Positions 38,374 to 50,500 of a stretch of 64,000 nucleotides of DNA are shown one piece after another. Position 1 is the stretch's first letter. Each line of letters begins with the position of its first letter. Both the position numbers and the translations under genes were made by a program. Location: NCBI GenBank assembly GCA_965285935.1, contig OZ260663.1, positions 97,092,001-97,156,000 on the forward strand. The letters run 5' to 3'. Source of the stretch: Ophelia neglecta. Taxonomy: Eukaryota. Below the pieces are notes generated by a model, which was given only the letters and a program-made list of their open reading frames with translations, was not told the DNA's origin and did no database searches.

Positions 38374-39559
38374 AGGATATTATGGAGTAGGAAAGATTGA
38401 TGAATATGCACACCAGCAAGTCTAATTATACAGTCTGAATGCTTTATACAATTTGAACAATGTTTCTTTAGCTGGCATTTATAAAACAAAGCATAACAGT
38501 TGCTTGCTTAATCAAATTAGTAATTAATCATTGTATCCAGAAAATTAACGAAAGCAACTTATGTAATAATTCTAAAATTATGTCGTTTTGAATGAGGAAT
38601 GTTACATAAAACATAAAATATCGTTTCATTATACACGTTTGTCTAATTTGAACTAATATGCTTTTACAAATGGAAGCAGTGTAGCTAATATTATCAACTC
38701 TTTTATGTTAGCTAAGTATATCCTAACTTACTATTTGGACTTCGATCATAAATTTAGTTTTTAAGCTTATAATGTAATTTGCGATTCCCGAAGCATTTTA
38801 AAGTAACTATTATATTTTAATATCCTGCTAGCAATCAGTTTCTACTACATACAGACAAATCAAATTTCAAAATGTTTGATGGTTAAGATAGTAAATGGTG
38901 GCAATATAAAGTTTAATAAAACACTTGCATCTCACAGAGCTCTCATGATATTTTCTGATAGCTATGCTTACATTTCTAACTCACAAATTTGCATAAATGT
39001 ATTGTATCCTTAGATGATGTGTATGCAGTTGAATATTTCAACAAATTCCTAAGCTTACGTTTGACGTTTGGTGTGACTCGTGATAAAACCAACCTTTGGA
39101 CCTAAGTCTACCTTTATAGTATCTATGTAGTACTCAATATAATCGTTCAGATGCTGGATTGAAGGATAATATCTTACCACTACAGAAATCACTGCACAGA
39201 CAACCGGCATACAATTCCAGACATTTTAAAAATATCTTGAATTGAATGCAATTGTTTTGCACACTGTGGCCATTTATAGCCTTAACACACTTTATATATT
39301 GCTAATGGTGTCGAACTTAATATTTGTTACTACCGATCCCTCTACAAGTTTATGTTCAGTCAGGGAACGAAAGTTGCTTGTGCGAATCACCAGTGCTACT
39401 AACCTCCTAAAACCTAGGCCATATAATTTATTTAAAGTAGGTATTATTGCCTCCAAAATATAATTAAGTACAAACAAGAAAAAATAAAATCAAGTTATCA
39501 TATTAAACTCCTGAATTCAGACTAAGAGCCCAAACAAATGAAATCAAAAGGCAGTTACT

Positions 39560-40260
39560 TGCCTGCATAAAATGTAAACAATTTGAAACACCATATACAA
39601 AAAACTTTTGGAGACAGAAAAATGACAAACTAAAGAGTTATCGATAAAGCAAAACGTACATGGCCTTATTGGACTTTCCAAAGGCCTTTAACCCAGTCCC
39701 CCATAGAAAGTTATCTTTCTTAAATGAACTACTATTGTTTTGGAGACAAGGTTATTACATAGATCGGGAACGTTCTGGCCAGTAGACAGCAGAGTGTTGG
39801 TGATGGGGTGACGTCCACTCATGGTCCAGTATAGGCCTGCGCACCGCAGCAGCTTTCATCGTCCCCCAATTTTTCTTTTTCATTTTCATCGTCCACCAAA
39901 GCGTGGCCGAGTGGTTAGGGTGTCCGCCTCGCGAGTGGTAGATCGGGGTTCGAATCCCGATCGCGTCAAACCCAAGACGTAAAAATAAGTACTGATAGCT
40001 CCCCTGCCAGGCGCCCAGTATTTCGGGGGTAGTATCAGGACTGGTCAACCCGGTGTCAGTATAATGTGACTGGGTGGGGTTCCCTGCCTGGTGTCTACGG
40101 CAGGTACTCGAGTGAGGCAGCACTATAAAGAGGGCATTGAGCCCACTGTCACAAGTAGGCACCGTGGCGATATGACCAGATAAGTGTTGAAAGCCACGTG
40201 GAACCCCAAACAACAATCATCGTCCCCATATTATTTCTCATCTTTATCAAGGATATAATA
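39560..40260 (+). mobile_element. Decayed CR1/L2-type LINE reverse-transcriptase fragment, interrupted by a SINE
   Basis: LLDFPKAFNPVPHRKL (~39667), RQQSVGDGVTS...PQ and PILFLIFIKDI correspond to LINE RT motifs LDFSKAFDxVPH and GVPQGSVLGPxLFxxYINDL. Boundaries approximate. Confidence 0.7.
39895..40216 (+). mobile_element. tRNA-derived SINE, full length (central region resembles the V-SINE core)
   Basis: A box TGGCCGAGTGG, B box GGTTCGAATCC, (CAA)-type tail; TSD TCATCGTCC at 39886-39894 and 40217-40225. The V-SINE resemblance is from memory, not from a search. Confidence 0.88.
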
Positions 40261-40269
40261 GAGGACAAC

Positions 40270-40600
40270 TCACGCATCATGCCACTCAAATTGGACTTTC
40301 TGTATTCCAGTCGAAAAATAGCAATGGAAAGTCCTTTGGTGGTTCCTGTGTTTAATAATTTTCGGATACGCAATATTTTGCGAAGGTGGAAAGTGATTGA
40401 CTTAACCACACTCGACACCTGAACGTCCATGTTTAGAGAGTTTGTCCATCGTTTAAGTTCAGAATCCTTACTTCAAATTACCTCCATCTGCATTCTAATC
40501 AAACTATTATGTGGCAACTGATTTCTTAATATATTACTTTAGAGAATTTCTGTTTATTCCTTGTTAGTAATAGATGTGATATTTATCTGTTTATTTCTTA
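40270..40600 (-). mobile_element. Decayed L2-like LINE ORF2 C-terminal fragment
   Basis: VSSVVKSITFHLRKILRIRKLL...RLEYRKSNLSG resembles L2 HLRNIxRIRxxL...SRLDYCNSLLxG. Boundaries approximate. Confidence 0.65.
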
Positions 40601-41559
40601 TTGGCAATATATGTGGTATTTCATAAGCTTCAAAACATCGTAAATTATCTTTATAGTAGTATTTTGCACGAGTGTAACAAAGTCTTCATATTTTGTAATC
40701 GGTGAAGTCAAAGTTATCTTTGGGTTGCAAATTACTTCTCATGTCACATAGTACATACACGTATAGCAATCCAGCTCTGTAATAACATAAATGAAAATGA
40801 GAAGAGATCGGCGATCACGCATTGCTTTTAAAAAGCAGCGTTTCATTCGAGCTCAACTCAACTGTTTGATCAAATAGCAATGTGTCATTATGGGTAGTCA
40901 GTAAAGCGGGCTTAGAACTATGACGTGTCGGACATATATTCCGAAATGATCGTGCGTGCGTTCGTAAGTGGTTTCCTTCGAAAATCACTTTTTAACCATG
41001 CGTCATCGGAAACACCGCGCCAAATATTACATGTACATTTACAGAAATAATCTCCTGATAAATGGTCTGTGTTCAGACATTCATAACTCTTATACTATGA
41101 GAATTGGATTTTGGGATTTCGAGGTTTGACGCCACATAAGCACAAACGGAGCCATTTAAGTCTTATATTATTAGAAGTACCAAGAAGACATCCTACTTTT
41201 AAGTCAAGGAAATAAACACGCGTAGGACCTCCCCGTCACGTCGGTACATTAATTTATAAACCAAACATATAGTCAAAACTGCATGTAATTGAAGTGACCC
41301 AAAGAGTTTGATACTGCGACCGCACAAACTGTGGCCATATGTGAACAGCATTGAGCGCACAGTTAGTTAAACTAATCATGTTTGTGTACCCGGTTTTAGG
41401 AAGTTTAGAATTACACAGCACACTTCCCGTGCCCAGTCTTTTACATATATCAAGCTTATCTCTCTGTTCTGTGTCAAAAAAATGATTATTTGGATACAAC
41501 GATTGGACAATGTATTATCGGCTACCGACGTTGAGTCGAAAAGTTCAACGCAGAGAAAC

Positions 41560-44500
41560 ATGGCCTCCGTACTTCACTGCCTGTTGTTTGGTTTGATTGT
41601 TTGTGGGACATTTACTGATGGTCTCGGTAAGAATTCTCTAATATATTCTAATTTGTACGACATTTATTAGTATTATGTATTTATGTCAGATCATTCGTTG
41701 TAGCTGTAACTGTAGCTATCTATATCTTTAAAGGGCCTAACTTAATTATATACTTAACTACTTACCTTTGGTACTGCTCGTTGTACGCTGCACGATTACG
41801 TACTACTTGCTAATAGTTTATATGTAGGCACAATTTACGAGGTCGCTAATTTCGGCTACACCTACGTTTTATGACATGGATTATCCCATGATGCATTGTA
41901 TATCCGGTGGCCATTTGTCAGACTATGCTGTCAAGAAATTAGCAAGCCTAAAGAATGCAAATTAACTTCGGGAAAGAGGTTCGTTACTTACCTTTATATG
42001 TCCAATATTGTTCCGAAATTACGTAAGAACAAACTGAAATACCTTTCATGTGTTGTATACAATTTATTTCCTTGTATTTCAGTTTTTACGGTCACCATCA
42101 ATAAAGAAACTTCAATTAATTTGTGAATCAGTTTGTGACTTGTTAAAAGACGCCCGAAGGCACTTACAGTAAAAACTCTTGTGACTCCGCAATTGTGAAC
42201 CTACCAGCATGAGTCTAGATAGGCCTAGAGCTAGAACAATGACCGATAAAGGGCGCCAGTACAGAGACTCCCTTTTGGAAAGGAAGATCAAGGACGCCCT
42301 CAAGTCTTTTAGGAAACTTTCGAATACAAGCAGCTATAGCCGACAATGAGGTCTCAATTCCAAGCCTACAAGAAGCCAGAGTCAGCCTAAACAGTTGCAT
42401 CGACACACTGGAAGAAACAATTGAAGAAAAGGAAAGGATAGCAGGATTTAAAGATCCAAAGGACAGTGTAAATGACATCGCCATAGAAGATGAGTATCAA
42501 AGAATCTTATTCATGATAAATGAGAAAATTAAAGAACTGAGGAAAGAAACAAATCCAGACTCAATGTCAAGTAGTAAAGGTTCAGCAGAATCAGTCAGAA
42601 GCACTTCAAGAAGTTCGAGTCATTCTTCCCAAAGGTCAAAGAGAGGAGCAATTAAAGTGGAAATGGCGATGAAATTAGCCCAAGTAGACACAGAATTGAA
42701 GTACCTGGAAATTGAAGCACAAAGATCTACAGATGTACAAAAACTACAGAAGCAAAAGGAGTTAGACATTATCAAGGCCAGATTAGATGCTCTAAGGGAA
42801 GTCGAAAACGAAGAATTAATTCGCGAACCCATGGACTCGTTGTCAAGTCAAAGTCCGAAATTGGATCACCTTGACAAGTATTTAACTTCCCAATTAAATT
42901 ACGTCACTCAACCAATTGTACCTGTGACTAACGTAAATATGGTATTGACTAGCCAGCCGACGACATTTGAACACTCTGCATCCACAGGACCAGTAACAGT
43001 TACTGCCGGTACCTCTGCACCTGCCATGACCACAACTTCTGTTTATATGCAAAATCCTATGTCTGATAATATTGTACATACTATGCCAAAAAATGTTTCG
43101 GGTCATGATAATGTTGAGTCTCATACTATGCCAATTGTATCTTCCGTGAATACTGTGAATGCTGTTTCAAATGTCAATACAAATGAATCAGATGTGAATT
43201 ATATGAACAATCAATCACAAAGGTTTGTCTCAACTGTTCAAATATCAGATACAACCATGGTAAAAGGTACATATAGCCCTGCAGTTCCCATGAATTCAGG
43301 TAATGATGTGTGGAATCAACCAACCCCATTGATTCCTGGAAGCAATTTGAATCCTATTGCTCCTGTATATGTCCCTAATGCCACACAACCAATGTATTTC
43401 ATGAATTCACTGCCTTTGCCAGAACCAGCAGTATTCAAGGGTGAACATTTAGAGTATCTAGGTTGGATAAAATCATTTGAGACTATCATAGAAGGTCAAA
43501 CCAAGGTTCCCTCACAGAGACTGTATTACTTGGGGAAATATACAGATAAAGACCCCAAGGAATGCATTAGAGGTTTTTTATACCTAGAAACAGAGGAGGC
43601 CTACAATGATGCAAAAAATCTATTAAAGGAAAGATATGGAAACCCATTTATAGTAGCCAACGCTTACAGGAAACGGTTGAAGGATTGGCCAAGAATAGCC
43701 CCAAATGATGGGAATAGCCTCTGACGATTTTCCGATTTTCTCCAACATTGTCAAAGTGCGATGGCCAGCATCAAGTATTTGTCAGTTCTCAACGATCCTG
43801 AAGAAAATAAATTGATTTTGAACAAACTTCCGAGGTACATTGTAGATAGATAAGGCAGGCAGGTTGATACATGCATCAACATACCTGGCGATCAGTACCC
43901 TTCATTCGAAACCTTCTGTCTGTTTATAGCTAAGGAGGCTAGGATAGCATGTAACCCAGTGACACATGCTAGTACGACGTCAACTGCAGTAAATGATAAA
44001 GACAATGTAACTAGAAACTATAAATGTCATCGAAGACAACCAAGTGTGTTTGTAACAGGCTCAAATGAAGTGGATAAAGACGACAAAACTACAGCTAGCT
44101 GGGATAGGACAAGACAATTAACGCCATGCATATTGTGTAAAAACAAGCACGATTTAGAAGGCTGTCCAGACTTTAAGAAATTGTCCTTAACGGAAGGAAA
44201 GGAAATGGTTAAGAAACACTTTCTGTGTTTCGGTTGCTTAAGGTGGGGACATACCTGGAGAGCTTGCCGCAATAAAAGGACTTGTAAAACTTGTAAAGGA
44301 AAACATCCAACTAGTCTCCACGACGAAACACTCATGAAGCCTAACACAGCAGCCCAGAAAACTGAAATTGTCAAACCCAAGGAGCTCAGTGAAATTAAAG
44401 CGACGATTCCCTCACCAACAGGCATAACTTCTAACTGTGTTGACTTGAACAAAGATACTAGTATTTGTTCTCACTCGCTTATTATGCCTGTTTGGGTGTC

Positions 44501-47500
44501 TCATCTGAATGACCCTACAAGGAAAGTGTTAATATATGCTTTACTGGATGAACAATCGGATGGCTGTTTCGTAAAACAAACTGTGGTCGACCAGTTAAAG
44601 GCTCCTGGTGTACAGGTAAATTTGAAGCTATCGACAGTGCTAGCTGAACAAATGATCGAAGCCAGTAGAATAGAAGGACTGGTAGTGAAAGGCTTTGGTG
44701 AAGAACGCGAGATACATTTGCCTAAGTCGTACAGTAGACCAAGTGTACCTACAAAGAGAGGACAAATTCCAAGACAGGAATTAGCCAGAGAGTGGCCTCA
44801 TTTAAGAGTTGTCGCCGATTATCTAATGCCCTATAGTGCAGAGACAGAAGTTGGACTCCTAATAGGAATAGATTGTATACAAGCACTGAAACCAACCAAG
44901 ATTGTACAAGGTCCAGGAGATGCTCCATATGCTCTAAAAGCCGCTCTAGGATGGGGTATTATCGGCGTAATGAATCAACCATGTGATGAATATGAAGATG
45001 TGATAAGTCATTTTGTTTGCCATAAAATACTTACATGTTCAAGGGATCCTGATGTTCAAGCCCTTGATAGAGCCCAGCCAACATGTCATTATGCTTTTCA
45101 AACTCGAGTGAAAGAACTCATCAATCCTCACCAGATCGCTAGGATGTTCGAAATAGATTTCATAGAAACAAAGAACGCGTATGATGATCAGCCAATGTCA
45201 ATGGAAGATAGAAAGTTTTGTAAAATGATGGAGGACAGCATATGTCAGCGACCTGACTCCCACTACGAGATGCCCCTCCCTTTCAAGGAAAGAATCAAAT
45301 TACCAAACAACAGAGAAATGGCGGTCAAAAGGCTTTCAAGTTTAAAGAAAAGGTTAGACAGTAATCCTGAGTTCCAAACAGAGTACACAGAGCTTATGAA
45401 AAACACAATCAACAAGGGATATGCTGAGAAGGTACCAAACGATGAATTATCCCTCGATGATGGAACAGTCTGGTATATACCACACCATGGTGTCGTTCAT
45501 CCCAGGAAAAATAAGCTGCGTATTGTTTTTGATTGCTCAGCTGAGTACAGAGGCCATGTACTCAACAAGAACTTGCTTCAAGGCCCCGACTTAAATAACA
45601 ATCTCATTGGCGTTCTCCGCAGATTTAGAAAGGAGCAAGTCGCCTTCCTTTGTGACATTGAAGGCATGTTTCACCAGATATTTGTAAATGAAAGGGACAG
45701 GAACTACTTGCGTTTCCTATGGTGGGACGATGAGAAGAAAACAAGTGTTACAGAATACAGAATGACTGTTCATTTATTCGGTGCAACAAGTTCACCCACA
45801 TGTGCGAAATACGCCTTGAGAGCAACGGCAGAAACCTACCGAGACGAGTGTGGTGAGCAAGCCTCAGAATTCGTACTAAATGACTTTTATGTCGACGATG
45901 GGCTAAAATCAGTGCAAACAACAAATGAAGCCATATCTCTTATCAAGTCAAGTCAAGCACTCTGTAGTAAAGGGGGCTTTCATTTGCACAAGGTGGTAGC
46001 AAACGACAAGGCCGTGATCAAAGCAATAGATCAAAGGGACAGAGCAAAGGAAATCCAAAATCTGGACTTGATCACCGAGAAATTACCCATAGAACATGTA
46101 CTAGGAATTGAATGGTGCGTAGAATCGGACTCATTCCAGTTCAGGGTAAAACTACAGGACAAACCGCTCACTAGACGAGGCATTCTGTCAACCGTTTCTT
46201 CTGTGTTCGACCCTCTAGGACTTGTGTCGCCATTTATTTTAACTGGAAAGGTAATTCTCCAGGAGCTGTGCAGGGATGGCATGGGATGGGATGATCATGT
46301 CCCAAGTGAGATAGCAAGTAGATGGGAAAAATGGAGAAATGAACTGATATTGTTAGGTACTCTAAGGATACCTCGTTGTTACAGGTCAAATGTTTCAGGA
46401 AACCTGACATCCATTGAACTTCACCATTTTTCGGACGCGAGCGAGGCAGCCTACGGCCAATGTTCATACTTGAAATTAACTGACGATCAAAATAATATTG
46501 CCACCACATTGGTAATGAGCAAGTCTCGTGTGACACCACTGAAGCAAACAACAATTCCACATCTAGAACTGGTTGCAGCATTAGTATCTGTCCAGGTTAG
46601 CAAAATTCTGATCAAGGAGTTGAAATTTTGGACCGATAGTAAGGTTGCGCTGTGTTATATATCTAGTGATGCGCGAAGATTTCAAACCTTCGTCGCCAAT
46701 CGCGTTCAGCAAATAAGAGATCAGACCACACCAAGTCAGTGGCGTTATGTAGACACTGCCAACAATCCTGCGGACTTCACATCGAGAGGTCTCAGTGCAG
46801 CTAACTTGATCAACAATACAGTATGGTGGACTGGTCCTTCATTTCTGTCTGGCCCTATGGAAAACTGGCCACTTCAGGATGAACACGTTAAGTTGGTACC
46901 AAATGACCCAGAAACCAGGAAATTCAAAACGGTGCTTTCAACGCAGTCTTCTGTTCAGGATGTATTTGCAGACATTGTCGATAGACTCAGCTACTTTTCA
47001 GATTGGCTTAGAGCCAAGAAGGCCATTGCCAACTGCCTTAGATTCAAACAGAGACTTATGAATAGAGAAGTCCAGAAACCCAGTAATGCTAATATCAGAA
47101 ACAAGGGAAGTATCCAAAGGATCGGACCACCCAGCGTGGAAGAACTCCGACAAGCAGAATTAGAGATAATTGGACATTCCCACAGGAATTTAAATCACTG
47201 AAAGACGAAAGGAGAACAGTCAGCAACGATAACCACAACAGCTCAGTCAGACATGTTAAATTCCGCAGCTCACTTGCTAAGCTAGACCCGTTTCTAGATC
47301 AAGCAGAATTATTGCGAGTCGGTGGTAGACTTAGGACAGCTCAAGACACTACAAATTTCACTTATGATATAAAGCACCCACTCATCCTACCCAAGGAAGG
47401 TCATATCACACAATTGTTGATTCAAAATTATCATATCTCGACAGGACATGCAGGAAGAGGCATGACACTAAATGCAATCCGCCAGGGAGGATATTGGATC

Positions 47501-50500
47501 ATTAACGGCAATAAATGTGTCACAGGCTTTTTGGCAAAATGTATTACATGTAAAAGGCTGCGTGTGTCAACTCAGACCCAAAAGATGTCAGATCTACCAC
47601 GGGACAGAATCGAACCAGCACCACCATTCACACATAGCGCAGTCGACTACTTTGTCCCTGGCAAATCAAAGAAGGACGGCGTGAAGTTAAGCGTTATGGT
47701 GTACTGTTTACGTGCCTGGCCTCACGGGCCATTCACCTAGAAATAGCCGCTACTCTCACAACAGACTCATTTCTCAATGCCTATAGAAGATTTGTCTGCC
47801 GCAGAGGCCCAGTACGACAACTAGGGAGCGACCAAGGATCAAACTTCATTGGAGCAAATCATGAACTAGAGATGTGTCTTAGAGAAATGGACAATGGTAG
47901 AATAACCAGAGAACTGCTCAAAACAAACTGTGATTGGATTGAATTTAAAATGAACCCACCACACGCTAGCCATATGGGCGGCGTTTGGGAACGCCAGATA
48001 CGCAGTGTAAGGAATGCATTAAATGGGATTCTCATTAACCACTCAAGCCAGCTGGATAGTGAGCTTCTGCACACCCTTATGGTCGAGGCAGAGGCTATCG
48101 TTAACAGTCGCCCTCTCACGACCGAACAATTATCTACACCGGACAATCCAGAACCCCTAACTCCAAACCACCTTCTCACACAAAAATCCCAGGTCATTCT
48201 CCCCCCACCAGGCATGTTTCAGGATGCAGACCTGTATTGTAGACGAAGGTGGAGAAGAGTCCAGTATTTGGCAAACCAATTCTGGATACGATGGAGAAAG
48301 GAGTATATCCAGAGTTTATAGGAAAGACAAAGGTGGCTCAGACCACAGAGAAATTTGAAGGAAAATGATATTGTGGTACTTAGAGATGACCAGTTACCGA
48401 GAAACAGTTGGAAACTGGCCCGAGTTCTAAGTGCAACACCAAGTCAAGATGATTTGGTACGTAAGGCTATGGTTAAAGTAGCCACAAGTGGATCATGTCT
48501 TGAAAGACCAATCCATAAATTGATTTTTCTAATGTCAGGGGAGGTTCCATAAATTGAAACCTATATTATAGTAACCCTAATATATGCGAATATTATTACC
48601 TGTTATAAGCCAGAGAAGTGATATCGAAATCGTAATGCATTAGTAATTGTATTTGAATGTTAATATGACTGAATGTTGATATGCAACCCGTGGTTAAATT
48701 CCCGTCAAGGAGCCTTAAATTCACTACAAACGTAGTTAATTATGGTGTATACTGAATGATATTGAGAAGTGGATTGTATAGTGGTGAATATATTATGTCC
48801 TTTATTACCATAAACTTAGTGATTGTAGCATTTACACAGTTGTCATTACCGTAACCACGTTATTTCAACACGCACATTTGTCAGTACCGTAATGGTTCCC
48901 TTTGCGACAAGAAATTGTTATGCTTATTAGTTTATAAATTGTCGTACACAATTTATGGGGAGCCATGTAACTGTAGCTATCTATATCTTTAAGGGTATAC
49001 CGAACCCCTACTGGATGTTAAATTTCATAATTGGGTGATTTTTGAAAATGTACTGTTTTAGATAGAGCTTGATCTGCTCTATCCATTGGTGTGTTTATTT
49101 TCATTCTTAGCATTTTATATTTTACTCAAAAAAGGATTTTTATTCATACCCATCAGCTAATTGTTTGTTTACAAACAAGACATGTTATGGTATTGTTAGC
49201 CACATGACCATACTGATCAGCCATGCATGACCAAGCATTAGGCAATGGCAATTAGGCTCCTCCCCACTCTCACTGGATCACTGATAGTTGTGATAAACTG
49301 AATAATATGACAGGTGGGATACCTGTACATAATATGTTAGTGTGCCCAAGAAATCACTAACAGAACTCAAAATGGCTCCAAGGAAGAGGCTGTGTCCGAA
49401 TTTTCATATGACAATAAACTTGTCAATAATAGTATATAATAGGTCTACAGAATGTATAGCAAGCTTTGACATAGAGCCCGATGAAAACGACGACAAATAC
49501 AGATAATTGCGCTTCATGTATATGTAGTCTACGTGCTTTATTATAGAGCGTGTGTCAGAAGGCATGTACATGTATGTGAGCGATAAAACGTGAAACAAAC
49601 GTTCCTAACTTACTAGATGTATATTTATCGCCGAGAATTTCACTATATCAAATTCAACAGATGCTAATCCATTCCTACAGGCACAGACCAGAGTTTATCC
49701 CACATTTGGCCGCAATCTAATTACAAATGTTTGATAAGGGTCTCTTTTTCCGTCCCATCCTTTAGGAATATCCCACCATCCACAGTTATTTTGTATATGA
49801 AGTACACGGTATTTGCAATAATCAATCGATGTCTGAAGTCACATATTATTCTTTCGCTAATTAAATTCCAACTGATGATGCATGATTTATATTTGACAAA
49901 GTCCCTAAACTTATATAAACAGATGATCTGTCTGATACCACTAATCTCCCCTACTTGGCTCCGCCCATAAGGGCTGACGCGACGGCATCACAGCCAATTA
50001 AAATGTGTCCGTGTGGCTCACCACGTGGAACTGAACGAGTGACATTTCAACCGACTAAAACTCACCGACTAAACCCTCAAAATTACGCTTATGATTGGAA
50101 GAAAGAAAATGACAGTTTGTGGGATTGCAGGGGACTACACTGCCCTAATGGCTAGTGAAAAGGTGAGAATGCATCAAGCCAAATCCAGGCGTCCAAGTGA
50201 GAAAAACAGTGTTCCGGCGCCTTCTTTGTTGATTAGCCGCGAAGATGAGTTAGTGTAAATTGCAAGCTATTCATCATTTTCAAACAACGCTGGCCTCGCC
50301 AAACTTTAACCGAATTAAAATCCGCAAACGGTAACTTGTCAACAAGAGTTAGATCTAGTAAACGGTCATTCAGATTTTTTATAAGATTTTCCATCAATTA
50401 GTAATCAATCGCCAAAGTTGAAATAGCCAATAATGAGTACTATATTAGATGACTAGTTACAAAGCCTATCTAAATCACTGGTTAGGAGAGGAATTTGGAA

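Noticed and set aside
39900-39970. tRNA gene
   Set aside because: The A and B boxes belong to a SINE head: no acceptor-stem closure, and it is followed by a SINE body, tail and TSD.
41896-42126. Duplicated 76-aa ORF (also 50958-51188)
   Set aside because: Lies within the two LTRs; not a gene.
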